The notes: a model not told the origin generated them from the sequence alone. A stretch of DNA of 32,000 bases from Microcystis aeruginosa NIES-843 (GCF_000010625.1 NC_010296.1:5280001-5312000); one strand, 5' to 3'; numbered from the stretch's first letter, positions 1-9,786 are shown. Program-made: numbers and translations.

Positions 1-315
1 ACTCCAATTTTGTTAGATAATTTTGATTATGAGGAAAAAACTGAATTATATACCATCAAAAAAGACAGTAAGTTTAAGTCAAAAATCGATGTTAAATTGA
101 GAATTAAATACTATTTGATTAGCTATTTGAGAAGGATGGAAAGAGATAATAAAAGCTCTAGTTTCGATGATATTGTTTTTAATATATTACCTCTGTTAAA
201 AAATGGCACAACTCCCGAAAATCAGACGATTCTAAGCGTCCTCGAAGATATTGCCCAGAGAGTTGGTGATGATAACTGGCGCTTAAAACAAGAAGGACAA
301 TTGAGTTTATTTTAA
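1..315 (+). CDS. 3' end of an uncharacterised protein (partial, enters from the left window edge)
   Basis: The reading frame is open from nt 1 to TAA at 313-315. The region is visibly AT-rich compared with the adjacent core genes. I cannot assign a family with confidence. Confidence 0.5.
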   Translation, partial: TPILLDNFDYEEKTELYTIKKDSKFKSKIDVKLRIKYYLISYLRRMERDNKSSSFDDIVFNILPLLKNGTTPENQTILSVLEDIAQRVGDDNWRLKQEGQLSLF

Positions 316-805
316 ATCCAGTGGCAGCACACTTTGTTCTTTTTGTCAAAAAAACTTTCTTTTTGCAACAAAACTACACAATTAATTGATCAACGGGTTG
401 GCTTAAAAAAGGCTCTTTAACTGCCAGTTGTTGCTGTTGCTGAATAGGTGAGTGTAGATTTAGCAAGGGTTTTCAGGATCACCAGACAGCTAAAAAACCA
501 AAAAAGCACAGAACGTCCCATCATTTCATACTGCGAAATTATACCATAATCGCTGGAAGTATTGCAACCTCGTAAACAAATGAGAATTATTTTCAATAAA
601 TTCTTAAGAAAAGATAAATATTGCGAAGTGTAAATTTTAATATGCTCAACTATTAAAGCTTGTTTGATATAAAAAACTTATAATACTAAATCCGTTGAGT
701 ATAGGCTACATATCAGGACAGGCACTCATGCAAGAGGCAAAAGAGGGAATAAATAATCAGTTTTTAATAACTGGATTTAGTATAAGTAGGGAGGCACAAT
801 TATTT

Positions 806-870
806 GTAGGATGGGTTAGCGGTAGCGTAACCCATGCGGGCGTTGGGTTTCATGCTTCAACCCAACCTAC
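806..870. repeat. Small structured repeat with nested hairpins
   Basis: Outer stem gtagg(806-810)/cctac(866-870). Inner stems atgggtta(811-818)/taacccat(828-835) and gttgggtt(842-849)/aacccaac(859-866). It resembles a dispersed cyanobacterial hairpin repeat (from memory). The overlapping ORF 695..880 is probably spurious. Confidence 0.5.
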
Positions 871-940
871 TGATCACTGATTACTGATAACTGATCACTG
901 ATTACTGATGACTGATTACTGATGACTGATTACTGATGAT
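869..940 (+). repeat. Heptanucleotide tandem array (ACTGATN)n, about 10 units
   Basis: Direct reading: actgatc actgatt actgata actgatc actgatt actgatg ... Confidence 0.9.
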
Positions 941-952
941 CTGAGAGAAACT

Positions 953-1519
953 TTAAACAGGAGTCACAACTGCTGTTAGAGCGGCAGTAACCGCGTCCAT
1001 CGGTTGATTACCGTCGATATGGTTAAGAGTGCCTTTTTGACCGTAATAATCTAAAACGGGGGCAGTTTGGTCGATATAAACCTGTAGGCGACGGGAGATC
1101 GTTTCTTTAGTATCATCTTGACGACCCCGTTGCATGAGACGCTCAATTAAGACCGTATCTGGTACAGCCAAATTGACCACAAATGTGTAACTATCGGCCA
1201 ATTCTTCCAGTAATGCGTCTAAAAAGCTCGCCTGTGCCACCGTGCGGGGAAACCCATCAAGAATCCAACCCTTAGCACTGTCAGGCTGTTTTAAACGTTC
1301 CTGAATTAAACCTAATAACAACTCATCGGGGACTAATTCGCCCTTTTCCACATAAGCTTGTGCTTGTTGACCAAGTTCTGTCTTCTCTGTAATTGCTTGA
1401 CGTAAAATTTCACCGGTAGAAATATGGGGAATCGTCAGAGATTCCGCTAATTTTGCCGCTTGAGTACCTTTTCCCGATCCGGGCGGTCCCAAAAATATCA
1501 CACCGATCCGTTTGCTCAT
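953..1519 (-). CDS. adk: Adenylate kinase
   Basis: 188 aa. P-loop GPPGSGKGTQ at the N-terminus. Lies downstream of secY as in spc operons. Confidence 0.95.
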   Translation of the reverse strand: MSKRIGVIFLGPPGSGKGTQAAKLAESLTIPHISTGEILRQAITEKTELGQQAQAYVEKGELVPDELLLGLIQERLKQPDSAKGWILDGFPRTVAQASFLDALLEELADSYTFVVNLAVPDTVLIERLMQRGRQDDTKETISRRLQVYIDQTAPVLDYYGQKGTLNHIDGNQPMDAVTAALTAVVTPV

Positions 1520-1589
1520 GGATTAAATATAGGGTTTTAAGGGTAAAAATAACCAGTAACCGGTAAAAGGTCACTGGTTAACTATCTAA

Positions 1590-2909
1590 CTACTTTTTAA
1601 TCATGTCCTCATAGCGTTGAGACATGACATAGGTTTGAATTTGTTTCGCAGTATCGATCGCCACCCCCACCAGAATTAACAGGGAAGTTGCCCCCAAACC
1701 GCGAAAAGTGGTGACACCGGTGGCGCTTTCTACTACAGTCGGCACAGTAGCCACCAAACTTAAAAAGAGAGCGCCCAAAAGGGTGAGACGATTCAGCACC
1801 CCTTCCAGATAATTAGTAGTAGCGGTTCCTGGTCGAATCCCCGGAATACTGGCCCCCATTTTTTTCAGGTTTTGGGACATATCCTTGGGGTTAACGATCA
1901 GGGAAGCGTAGAAGAAACTAAAACCGAGAATTAGTAAGCTATAAAAAGCCACATAACCCCAACTATCGGGACGCAGAGCATTAACCAACTGAACTAAAAC
2001 CTGACCGACCGGGTTATCCGTGGGTAAAGCTTGCACCAATTGGAAAGGTAACACCAACACTGCCGAGGCGAAAATAATCGGCATAACGCCCCCTTGATTG
2101 AGTCGTAGGGGTAGATAACTGGTTCTTTCCCGATAGAGACGACGACCCACCTGACGACGGGCAGAAACAATCGGAATCCGACGGGTTCCCTCCTGAACAA
2201 AAACAATGCCGATAATCATCACCAAGAAAACCAGCAAGAGAATCACCACTTGAGCGATCGCTTGTCGGCCACCCTGTTGGGCAAAAGTAATCGTATCACC
2301 GAGGGTTTTCGGTAAAACAGCGACAATGTTGACAAAAATCAGCAAAGATGCTCCATTTCCCAGACCGCGTTCTGTGATCAGTTCCGAAATCCACATCACG
2401 AACATAGAACCCGCCACTAAAGCGAGAACCGTAGCGGCGATCGAGGGTAAAGTTCCAGCCACAACGCCGTTAGCCACCAATAAACCGAGAGTAATGCCGA
2501 TACTTTGAATAATTGCCCAACCAAAGGCAATATAACGGGTAATTTGGGCAATTTTTCGCCGTCCTGCTTCTCCTTCATTTTTCTGTAAATCTTCCAAAGA
2601 AGGAAGGGCAGCGGTGAGCAGTTGCACGATAATTGAGGCGTTGATATAGGGAAGAATGCCGAGGGCAAAAATCCCCAAAGTCGATAATCCTCCCCCGGTA
2701 AACAGGTCAAGGATTCCCAAAGCGGCGTTACCTTGAATAATTTCTGCTAATCTTGCCCGATCCAAACCGGGTATCGGTACAAACATCCCAAAACGGAGCA
2801 GAATCAGTAAACCCAATGTAACCAACAAGCGACCGCGTAAACCGGCCGCCTGTGCCATTTGCATAAACGTTTCCTGTGCCGTGGGAGCCTTATCACGACT
2901 GACGACCAT
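1590..2909 (-). CDS. secY: Preprotein translocase subunit SecY
   Basis: 439 aa polytopic membrane protein with a typical SecY sequence. Lies between rplO and adk. Confidence 0.97.
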   Translation of the reverse strand: MVVSRDKAPTAQETFMQMAQAAGLRGRLLVTLGLLILLRFGMFVPIPGLDRARLAEIIQGNAALGILDLFTGGGLSTLGIFALGILPYINASIIVQLLTAALPSLEDLQKNEGEAGRRKIAQITRYIAFGWAIIQSIGITLGLLVANGVVAGTLPSIAATVLALVAGSMFVMWISELITERGLGNGASLLIFVNIVAVLPKTLGDTITFAQQGGRQAIAQVVILLLVFLVMIIGIVFVQEGTRRIPIVSARRQVGRRLYRERTSYLPLRLNQGGVMPIIFASAVLVLPFQLVQALPTDNPVGQVLVQLVNALRPDSWGYVAFYSLLILGFSFFYASLIVNPKDMSQNLKKMGASIPGIRPGTATTNYLEGVLNRLTLLGALFLSLVATVPTVVESATGVTTFRGLGATSLLILVGVAIDTAKQIQTYVMSQRYEDMIKK

Positions 2910-3021
2910 TAACAGTTACCTCTAGTGCAGTTTTTTTATGGGAAAAAGTAATCGAGGGGGAAAACTTTCTCGATTTTTTTAAGATTTCCCCTGTCTTTCT
3001 TATGATATAGCAATCAGGTCT

Positions 3022-3275
3022 TGGGGGTTGGGTGTTAGGGGTTGGGTGTGGGGTGTGGGGTGTGGGGTGTGGGGTGTGGGGTGTAGGGTGTAGGGTGTGG
3101 GGTGTGGGGTGTAGGGTGTAGGGTGTAGGGTGTGGGGAGAACAAAGCTGCCCTTTACCTTTTGCCTTTTGCCTTTTGCCTTTTGCCTTTTGTCTTTTGCC
3201 TTTTGTCTTTTGCCTTTTATCTCCTGTCTCCTGTCTCCTGCCTTCTGCCGACCGCCTTCTGCCGACCGCCTCCGT
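3022..3275. repeat. Composite tandem-repeat block in the rplO-secY spacer
   Basis: Contains (GGGTGTG/GGGTGTA)n at 3022-3137, (CCTTTTG)n at about 3151-3219, (CTCCTGT)x3 at 3221-3241, and a 14-mer ccttctgccgaccg x2 that reaches the rplO stop codon. ORFs 2893..3144, 3000..3290 and 3161..3391 are translations of these repeats. Confidence 0.9.
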
Positions 3276-3718
3276 TAAATTTCTTCCCAAGTACCTTGAG
3301 CGGCGGTAATTTTCTCTTTAGCACTATTGCTAAAAGCAGCGGCCTTCACCTTGAGGGGAACGGTAATTTCACCATCACCCAAAACTTTTAAAGGGCCGTC
3401 GTTGCTGGTGAGAATTTTAGCTTTTAGCAGACTTTCCAGGGTAACTTCCGTATTAGCGGGTAAAGAAGCCAATTTTCTCAGATTAACGATCGTGTATTGA
3501 CGGGGGTTAACCAAAGGAAAATGCTTTAATTTGGGAACCCGACGATAGAGGGGCATTTGTCCCCCCTCAAAACCGGGACGAGTCCCCGTCCCAGAGCGAG
3601 ATTTTTGTCCGCGCATTCCCAGACCGCAACTAGCGCCCTGGCCGGCCGAGACACCCCGTCCCACACGACGACGGCGTTTAGTGGACCCCGGTTGGGGGGC
3701 GATTTCGTGGAGTTTCAT
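3275..3718 (-). CDS. rplO: 50S ribosomal protein L15
   Basis: 147 aa, [22 protein letters not shown]... Operon position fits. Confidence 0.96.
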   Translation of the reverse strand: MKLHEIAPQPGSTKRRRRVGRGVSAGQGASCGLGMRGQKSRSGTGTRPGFEGGQMPLYRRVPKLKHFPLVNPRQYTIVNLRKLASLPANTEVTLESLLKAKILTSNDGPLKVLGDGEITVPLKVKAAAFSNSAKEKITAAQGTWEEI

Positions 3719-3728
3719 GGTGATTTCT

Positions 3729-4250
3729 CTATGTGTACAAATGTTCTATAGATACGCCTCGATCCTTAGCAACTTCCGAGAAAGTGCGGAGAGTTTCCAG
3801 GGCGTTAACAGCGGCTCTAGCGTTATTGAGGGGGTTATCGCTACCGAGTTGTTTAGCGAGGATATTTTTCACCCCGGCTAATTCTAAAACGGTACGGACA
3901 GCACCCCCGGCAATAACCCCAGTCCCCGGAGCAGCCGGACGCATAATCACTTGAGCGCCTCCGGAAGCACCCCGGGTGAGGTGAGTGATAGAACTAGCCT
4001 TAGTTAAGGAGACTTCAATTAGTTGTTTTTTGCCATCGGCCACGCCTTTACGGACGGCCCCGATCACATCCCCTGCTTTGCCGACTCCCACTCCCACCTG
4101 GCCGTTTTCATTACCGACCACGACGATGGCCCGGAAGCTGAGTTTTTTACCACCCTTAACCACTTTACTAACCCGGCGGATCTGGATGACCCGCTCTTGC
4201 CAAGTGGTTTCTTTTTCTTTTTCGCGGTTGCCTTTGCGACGTTTTGCCAT
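3729..4250 (-). CDS. rpsE: 30S ribosomal protein S5
   Basis: 173 aa with typical S5 sequence. Operon position fits. Confidence 0.96.
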   Translation of the reverse strand: MAKRRKGNREKEKETTWQERVIQIRRVSKVVKGGKKLSFRAIVVVGNENGQVGVGVGKAGDVIGAVRKGVADGKKQLIEVSLTKASSITHLTRGASGGAQVIMRPAAPGTGVIAGGAVRTVLELAGVKNILAKQLGSDNPLNNARAAVNALETLRTFSEVAKDRGVSIEHLYT

Positions 4251-4276
4251 AGTTTTATCAGTGTTGAAAGGATATT

Positions 4277-4639
4277 TTAGAAGTTTAAGCCGGCTGACCG
4301 AGCCGCTTCTGCTAAGGCTTTGACGCGACCGTGATAGAGATTGCCACCGCGATCAAAAACCACTTGTTCAATGCCTTTGTCTAGGGCCCGTTGGGCCACC
4401 AGTTTACCCACGGCAGCCGAGGCTTCTTGGGTAGCGGTGGACTCTAATTCCCCGCGCAAGGTGGCCTCTAGGGTAGAAGCGGCCGCGAGGGTATGTTGGG
4501 CCACGTCGTCGATAATTTGGGCGTAGATGTGGTTATTAGAACGAAATACGGATAAACGCGGCCGTTCAGCAGTGCCATTAATTTTGCGACGCACACGCTG
4601 GTGACGACGACGGACTGATTCTTTGCGACTAAGTTTCAT
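4277..4639 (-). CDS. rplR: 50S ribosomal protein L18
   Basis: 120 aa with a basic N-terminus and ...[16 protein letters not shown]... Confidence 0.96.
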   Translation of the reverse strand: MKLSRKESVRRRHQRVRRKINGTAERPRLSVFRSNNHIYAQIIDDVAQHTLAAASTLEATLRGELESTATQEASAAVGKLVAQRALDKGIEQVVFDRGGNLYHGRVKALAEAARSAGLNF

Positions 4640-4642
4640 GGT

Positions 4643-5212
4643 TTATTTTTTACCTCCTTTACCGCCTTTAGCGCCTTTACCGCCAGCTTTACCAACTTTG
4701 CGACGGACAACTTCACCAAGATAGCGAATCCCTTTTCCTTTATAAGGTTCGGGGGGACGAACTTCGCGGATTTTAGCGGCGGTGTTACCGACGGCTTCTT
4801 TGTCGATGCCACTGACGATAACTTGGGTGCTGTTCTCTACGGCGACGGAAACACCATCGGGCATCTCCATTTCCACGGGTTTACTGTAACCAACATTAAG
4901 AACTAATTTACTACCCTGCGCCTGGGCGCGGTAGCCCACCCCTTGGATATCGAGGCGTTTTTGAAAGCCGGTAGCGACTCCTTCCACCATGTTAGCTACT
5001 AGAGTTCTACAGAGTCCGTGGCGTTCTCTGGCGGTACGGGAATCGTCTTGACGGGTAACGAGCAGAGTTTCGCCATCTTTATTGATGGCGACGGCGGTGG
5101 GTAGGGTTCTCTGGAGAGTTCCTTTGGGTCCTTTCACCGTCACGGTAGCACCATCGATATCGACGGTGACTTTATTGGGAATAGGAATCGGGCGTTTGCC
5201 AATACGAGACAT
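4643..5212 (-). CDS. rplF: 50S ribosomal protein L6
   Basis: 189 aa, [12 protein letters not shown]..., with a Gly/Lys-rich C-terminal tail. Confidence 0.96.
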   Translation of the reverse strand: MSRIGKRPIPIPNKVTVDIDGATVTVKGPKGTLQRTLPTAVAINKDGETLLVTRQDDSRTARERHGLCRTLVANMVEGVATGFQKRLDIQGVGYRAQAQGSKLVLNVGYSKPVEMEMPDGVSVAVENSTQVIVSGIDKEAVGNTAAKIREVRPPEPYKGKGIRYLGEVVRRKVGKAGGKGAKGGKGGKK

Positions 5213-5214
5213 AA

Positions 5215-5245
5215 CAGTTATCAGTTATCAGTTATCAGTTATCAG
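5215..5245 (-). repeat. Heptamer array, (CAGTTAT)n on plus = (ATAACTG)n on the operon sense strand
   Basis: Four full units plus a partial unit. The array ends 2 nt from the rplF ATG (5212..5210). Confidence 0.9.
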
Positions 5246-5316
5246 GGAAGAGTTATCAGTGGGTCAGCTATCGGGTTTAAACTGGGAAAGGCTGACGGCT
5301 GATAGCTTATCCTTGT

Positions 5317-5718
5317 TTACCAGATGTAGCAAAGGACTTCGCCGCCAACGTTTTGTTTACGCGCTTCGCGATCGGTCATAATGCCTTTAGAGGTGGAAAC
5401 AATGGCGATGCCAATGCCACCGAGGACGCGCGGTAAGTCTTTACTGTTGGAATAAACTCGTAAACCGGGTTTACTGACTCTGGTGAGGGTAGTAATGATC
5501 GGTTGACGGTTTTTGCCTTTATATTTGAGGGAAAGAACTAATTGAGATTTAATCCCCTCACCCACTTCCTCAAAGTCAGCAATAAAGCCTTCGTCCTTGA
5601 GAACTTGAGCAATACTGCGCGTCATCCGCGTGGTGGGAATTTGAGTAGTGGTCTGCCGAACCGCGCAAGCGTTACGGATGCGGGTCAGCATATCCGAGAT
5701 GGTATCGTTAGCAGACAT
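5317..5718 (-). CDS. rpsH: 30S ribosomal protein S8
   Basis: 133 aa, [17 protein letters not shown]... Confidence 0.96.
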   Translation of the reverse strand: MSANDTISDMLTRIRNACAVRQTTTQIPTTRMTRSIAQVLKDEGFIADFEEVGEGIKSQLVLSLKYKGKNRQPIITTLTRVSKPGLRVYSNSKDLPRVLGGIGIAIVSTSKGIMTDREARKQNVGGEVLCYIW

Positions 5719-5754
5719 GAATTACCTGTTTTTCTCCTAAATTGGGATCAACAT

Positions 5755-5826
5755 CAGTGGTCAGTTATCAGTTATCAGTTATCAGTTATCAGTGGTCAGT
5801 TATCAGTTATCAGTTATCAGTATCAG
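5755..5826 (-). repeat. Heptamer array (CAGTTAT/CAGTGGT)n on plus
   Basis: About 10 units, located in the rplE-rpsH spacer. Confidence 0.9.
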
Positions 5827-5884
5827 ATTTGAGTATTAAGTGAGTAGTATTAAATAGCAGTTTCCTGCTGTCTTTTGACTGAAT

Positions 5885-5953
5885 CACTGTTTACTGTTCA
5901 CTGTTCACTGTTTACTGTTCACTGATCACTTATTTACTGGTCACTGTTTACTT
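5885..5953 (-). repeat. Heptamer array (CACTGTT/TACTGTT)n on plus
   Basis: About 9 units. This is a second array in the same rplE-rpsH spacer. Confidence 0.9.
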
Positions 5954-5967
5954 TTCTCCTGATTGAT

Positions 5968-6507
5968 TTATCTAAAGGGCATTCCCATCTCTTTGAGGAG
6001 GGCGCGTCCTTCTTCGTCGTTTTTAGCGGTGGTGATGATTGAGATGTCCATCCCGCGAATTTGATCGATTTTGTCGTATTCAATTTCAGGGAAGATCAAC
6101 TGTTCACGAATGCCTAAACTGTAGTTACCACGACCATCAAAACTGTTACCACTGATACCGCGAAAGTCGCGAATACGTGGTAAGGCCAGATTAATCAGAC
6201 GATCTAAAAAAGCGTACATTCGATCGCCGCGCAATGTCACCATCACACCCACGGGCATTCCTTCGCGAATTTTGAAGCCAGCGATCGCTTTTTTAGCTCT
6301 AGTCACTACCGGTTGTTGTCCGGTGATGGTGGACAGTTCCGCCTTGGAAGACTCCAAAGCTTTGGCATTTTGTGAAGCTTCCCCAAGACCGCGGTTAACA
6401 GTAATTTTGATAACTTTAGGTACTTGATGGATATTGGTATAACCAAATTGTTCTTTCAGTTTCGGAACAATGGTTTCTTGATAGGTGGTTTTTAGTTTTT
6501 GGCTCAT
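5968..6507 (-). CDS. rplE: 50S ribosomal protein L5
   Basis: 179 aa with typical L5 sequence. Confidence 0.96.
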   Translation of the reverse strand: MSQKLKTTYQETIVPKLKEQFGYTNIHQVPKVIKITVNRGLGEASQNAKALESSKAELSTITGQQPVVTRAKKAIAGFKIREGMPVGVMVTLRGDRMYAFLDRLINLALPRIRDFRGISGNSFDGRGNYSLGIREQLIFPEIEYDKIDQIRGMDISIITTAKNDEEGRALLKEMGMPFR

Positions 6508-6561
6508 AGTTTTTCTGCTTGCTTTTCCTGGGCTTGGTCAGGAACTAGAATTGATGGGAAA

Positions 6562-6915
6562 CTAATCAATAATTTCGCCAGTTTTCTTCAGTATCCGCAC
6601 TTTCCGACCGTCTTCGGTCAAGGTATAACCCACCCGACTGGCGATTTTTTTCTTCTCGGAATAAAGCATCACTTTGGAACTGTGAATCGGTGCTTCGTAG
6701 GTAACAATTTGACCCGATTCCCCTTCCTGTTGGGGTTTAGTATGTTTGGTGCGGATATTAACTCCTTTGACCACCACGGTACTTTCTTGGGGTAAGGCCC
6801 GTAAAATTTCGCCCACTTTGCCCTTATCGGAACCGGCGATTACTTGCACAACATCCCCTTTTTTAACGTGCATTTTTTGCCTTTGGGGTGAGGTTTGACT
6901 GTTTTTCTTACTCAT
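6562..6915 (-). CDS. rplX: 50S ribosomal protein L24
   Basis: 117 aa with a KOW motif, [19 protein letters not shown]. Confidence 0.95.
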   Translation of the reverse strand: MSKKNSQTSPQRQKMHVKKGDVVQVIAGSDKGKVGEILRALPQESTVVVKGVNIRTKHTKPQQEGESGQIVTYEAPIHSSKVMLYSEKKKIASRVGYTLTEDGRKVRILKKTGEIID

Positions 6916-6954
6916 TTTTTTGACCTCCGATTGCCTTGAGACTTTTGACTTTGA

Positions 6955-7323
6955 TCAGAGAACTTCTGGGGCTAAGGAAACAATTTTGGTGTAGTTTTTA
7001 TCGCGCAATTCCCGGGCGACCGGACCAAAAACCCTAGTACCTTTGGGATTACCGTCATTATTAATAATCACGGCGGCGTTATCATCAAAACGGATGCTCA
7101 TGCCACTATCGCGACGGACGGTTTGACGGGTCCGCACAATCACCGCAGTGACCACATCGGATTTTTTCACGGGCATATTGGGGATAGCGTCCTTAACCAC
7201 GGCGATAATTTTGTCACCGATGCCACCGTAGGTACAGTTACCTGTTCCCAGCACCCGCAGACACATTAGTTTCCGCGCCCCGCTATTGTCAGCGACATTT
7301 AAGTAGGTTTGTTGTTGAATCAC
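6955..7323 (-). CDS. rplN: 50S ribosomal protein L14
   Basis: 122 aa, [18 protein letters not shown]... Confidence 0.97.
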   Translation of the reverse strand: MIQQQTYLNVADNSGARKLMCLRVLGTGNCTYGGIGDKIIAVVKDAIPNMPVKKSDVVTAVIVRTRQTVRRDSGMSIRFDDNAAVIINNDGNPKGTRVFGPVARELRDKNYTKIVSLAPEVL

Positions 7324-7343
7324 GGTTTTTACCTAGGTGAAAT

Positions 7344-7586
7344 TTAACTATCGGTTAATATTTCCGCCACTTCCCAACGTTTGGTTTTACTGAGGGGGCG
7401 GGTTTCACGAATGCGAACTCGATCGCCTTGTTTGGCTTGATTTTCTGCGTCGTGAGCTTTAAATTTCTGGGTTTTCACGACGATTTTGCCGTATTTAGGG
7501 TGAGGAGAGCGGTTTTCAATGGCTACCACTACGGTTTTATCCATTTTGTCGCTGACTACTACCCCAACTCTTTCTTTAACTGCCAT
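7344..7586 (-). CDS. rpsQ: 30S ribosomal protein S17
   Basis: 80 aa with typical S17 sequence. Confidence 0.95.
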   Translation of the reverse strand: MAVKERVGVVVSDKMDKTVVVAIENRSPHPKYGKIVVKTQKFKAHDAENQAKQGDRVRIRETRPLSKTKRWEVAEILTDS

Positions 7587-7592
7587 AGTGGG

Positions 7593-7811
7593 TTATGCCT
7601 CCGGGGTGGACTGGGCTAGTTGGCGCTCCCGTTCTACGGTCAATAATTGGCCAAGACGGTGGCGGGTGTGTTTGAATTCGTGGGTTTTTTCCAAGCGGCG
7701 GGTGGCCTGTTGCAAACGCAATTCAAACAGTTTCTTTTTGGCAGCGAGGATAGCAGCGGCGATTTCCTCATCGCTCATCTTCCTCACTTCGGCGATTTTT
7801 GGTAGAGCCAT
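7593..7811 (-). CDS. rpmC: 50S ribosomal protein L29
   Basis: 72 aa. Operon position fits. Its start abuts the rplP stop. Confidence 0.93.
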   Translation of the reverse strand: MALPKIAEVRKMSDEEIAAAILAAKKKLFELRLQQATRRLEKTHEFKHTRHRLGQLLTVERERQLAQSTPEA

Positions 7812-8230
7812 TAGACAAAATCCTCCTCGCGAGTGATAAATTTGGTCTTAATCGGTAATTTTTGGGCGGCTAGGCGCATTGCTTCCCGGGCCACGGGTTC
7901 GGCTACCCCAGCAATCTCAAACATAATGAACCCCGGTTTAACCACGGCCACCCAGAATTCGGGGGAACCTTTCCCGGAACCCATCCGAGTTTCTGCGGCC
8001 CGTTGGGTCACGGGTTTATCGGGAAAAACGCGAATCCAGATTTTGCCACCCCGACGAATATAACGAGTCATTGCCCGTCTGGCCGCTTCGATTTGACGGG
8101 AAGTAATCCAACAGGGTTCGGTGGCTTGCAGGGCGAAATCGCCGAAATTAATCGTATTTCCGCCGGTGGCCAGCCCGCGCATCCGTCCGCGCTGTTGTTT
8201 GCGGAATTTTGTTCTTTTGGGACTTAACAT
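7811..8230 (-). CDS. rplP: 50S ribosomal protein L16
   Basis: 139 aa, [19 protein letters not shown]... Confidence 0.97.
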   Translation of the reverse strand: MLSPKRTKFRKQQRGRMRGLATGGNTINFGDFALQATEPCWITSRQIEAARRAMTRYIRRGGKIWIRVFPDKPVTQRAAETRMGSGKGSPEFWVAVVKPGFIMFEIAGVAEPVAREAMRLAAQKLPIKTKFITREEDFV

Positions 8231-8260
8231 GAGCTATTTACCACTGATAAATATTAGGGA

Positions 8261-8989
8261 TCAGCCCTCACTAGAGCGATCTTCAAACTGTTGACGGCGA
8301 CGCTGTTGACGGCGCGGTGCTTGAGCGGGAACGGCGGCGGCAATTTCTTCTTGGCCGGGGATAATTTCGCCCTTAAAGATCCAAACTTTCACGCCTAGAA
8401 TCCCGTAGATGGTGCTGGCGGTTTTATAGGAGTAATCAATATCGGCGCGCAGGGTATGCAGGGGAACTCGTCCTTCCCGCACCCATTCAGTCCGAGCGAT
8501 TTCCGCCCCGTTGAGACGACCGCTAACTTGAATTTTGATCCCTTTGACTTCGGCCCTCTGCGCCCGTTGGATGGCCTGGCGGACAACACGACGGAAGGAA
8601 ACCCGTCTTTCTAGTTGTTGGGCGATGTATTCGGCGATCAGGTTGGCATCGGCATCAACGCGAGCCACTTCGATGACGTTAATGCGAATTTGACGCTGGC
8701 CACCGAGGGCTTTTTGTAAACCTAGGCGCAGCTGTTCGATTCCCGTGCCACCACGACCGACGACGACACCGGGTCGGGCGGTATGGATGGAGATATCTAC
8801 TTGATCGGCCTTGCGTTCGATGCGAATATCGGCGATACCGGCATTAGCAAGGTTTTTTTCGACGTACTGACGAATGCGGCGATCTTCTTGCAGTAGTTCG
8901 GGGTAACGTTTCGCGTCGGCATACCAGCAAGATTTATGATCTTTGATAACGCCGAGACGAAAACCGAGGGGATGGATTTTTTGTCCCAT
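8261..8989 (-). CDS. rpsC: 30S ribosomal protein S3
   Basis: 242 aa, [13 protein letters not shown]... Confidence 0.97.
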   Translation of the reverse strand: MGQKIHPLGFRLGVIKDHKSCWYADAKRYPELLQEDRRIRQYVEKNLANAGIADIRIERKADQVDISIHTARPGVVVGRGGTGIEQLRLGLQKALGGQRQIRINVIEVARVDADANLIAEYIAQQLERRVSFRRVVRQAIQRAQRAEVKGIKIQVSGRLNGAEIARTEWVREGRVPLHTLRADIDYSYKTASTIYGILGVKVWIFKGEIIPGQEEIAAAVPAQAPRRQQRRRQQFEDRSSEG

Positions 8990-9012
8990 TGTGGTTTTTT
9001 TAGTTAAGGTGA

Positions 9013-9372
9013 TTAGTCTTTGTTGCTAGGAGCGACGGCGACGGTGATATGACAGGTGGGTTTGCGAATTTGGTAGGCGCGCCCCTGGGCCCGGGGTCGA
9101 AAACGTTTTAGGGTCGGTCCGCCATCGGCAAAGGCTTGGCTAACTACCAAAGTGGCGGGATCGAGTCCTTCGTTATGTTCGGCGTTGGCAACGGCGGAAC
9201 GCAGGACTTTCAGGATGGGATCACAGGCCCGGTAGGGCATGAATTCGAGAATAATTAGGGCTTCCCGATAGGAGCGACCGCGGATCTGATCGAGTACCCG
9301 TCTGACTTTCAGGGGTGACATCCGAATATAGCGGGCGATCGCTTTGACTTCGTTAGAGGTATCGATGGTCAT
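9013..9372 (-). CDS. rplV: 50S ribosomal protein L22
   Basis: 119 aa with typical L22 sequence. Confidence 0.95.
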   Translation of the reverse strand: MTIDTSNEVKAIARYIRMSPLKVRRVLDQIRGRSYREALIILEFMPYRACDPILKVLRSAVANAEHNEGLDPATLVVSQAFADGGPTLKRFRPRAQGRAYQIRKPTCHITVAVAPSNKD

Positions 9373-9374
9373 TT

Positions 9375-9449
9375 CAGTTATCAGTTATCAGTTATCAGTT
9401 ATCAGTCATCAGTCATCAGTGATCAGTGATCAGTTATCGGTTATCAGTC
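9375..9449 (-). repeat. Heptamer array (CAGTTAT/CAGTCAT/CAGTGAT)n on plus
   Basis: About 10.5 units in the rpsS-rplV spacer. It ends 2 nt from the rplV ATG (9372..9370). Confidence 0.9.
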
Positions 9450-9504
9450 TTGCTGGTTTATGATCACGACTATCTAGCTGACGACTGAGGGAGTAGCGGC
9501 TGAT

Positions 9505-9786
9505 TTATTTCCGTCCTGCTTTTTTGTCGCTCTTGGCGTGGCCGCGGAAGGTGCGGGTGGGAGCGAATTCACCGAGTTTATGACCGACCATCTGCTCGGA
9601 AACGTAGACGGGAACGTGCTGTTTGCCGTTGTGAACGGCGATCGTGTGACCGACCATATCGGGAATGATTGTCGAGGCCCGGGACCAAGTTTTAATCACT
9701 TGTTTACTGCCCTGGGCGTTGAGTTTTTCGATTTTTTCCATCAGGTGGCCGGCGACAAATGGCCCCTTTTTCAGTGAACGACCCAT
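9505..9786 (-). CDS. rpsS: 30S ribosomal protein S19
   Basis: 93 aa, [15 protein letters not shown]... Confidence 0.97.
   Translation of the reverse strand: MGRSLKKGPFVAGHLMEKIEKLNAQGSKQVIKTWSRASTIIPDMVGHTIAVHNGKQHVPVYVSEQMVGHKLGEFAPTRTFRGHAKSDKKAGRK

Noticed and set aside
400-545. A possible 44-aa hydrophobic peptide on the minus strand (MMGRSVLFWFFSCLVILK...), considered as a type I toxin or small membrane protein
   Set aside because: I saw no ribosome-binding site, conservation evidence or partner antisense RNA, so the support is too weak to call.
695-880. 61-aa ORF covering the nested-hairpin repeat
   Set aside because: Its C-terminal half (GWVSGSVTHAGVGFHASTQPT) is simply the translated hairpin repeat. 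It has a TTG start and no supporting context.
1994-2710. Alternative-frame and opposite-strand ORFs inside secY (1994..2206, 2326..2508, 2417..2710)
   Set aside because: They lie entirely within secY, in other frames or on the other strand, and have no recognisable family.
2893-3391. ORFs 2893..3144, 3000..3290 and 3161..3391, which encode HPTPHTP..., KGKRQKA... and FAFCLLPF... peptides
   Set aside because: They are translations of heptamer tandem arrays, which are open in all frames on both strands. They overlap one another and rplO and have no independent coding signal.
869-9449. Whether the tandem arrays could be CRISPR arrays
   Set aside because: The period is 7 nt with no unique spacers, and there are no cas genes in the window.
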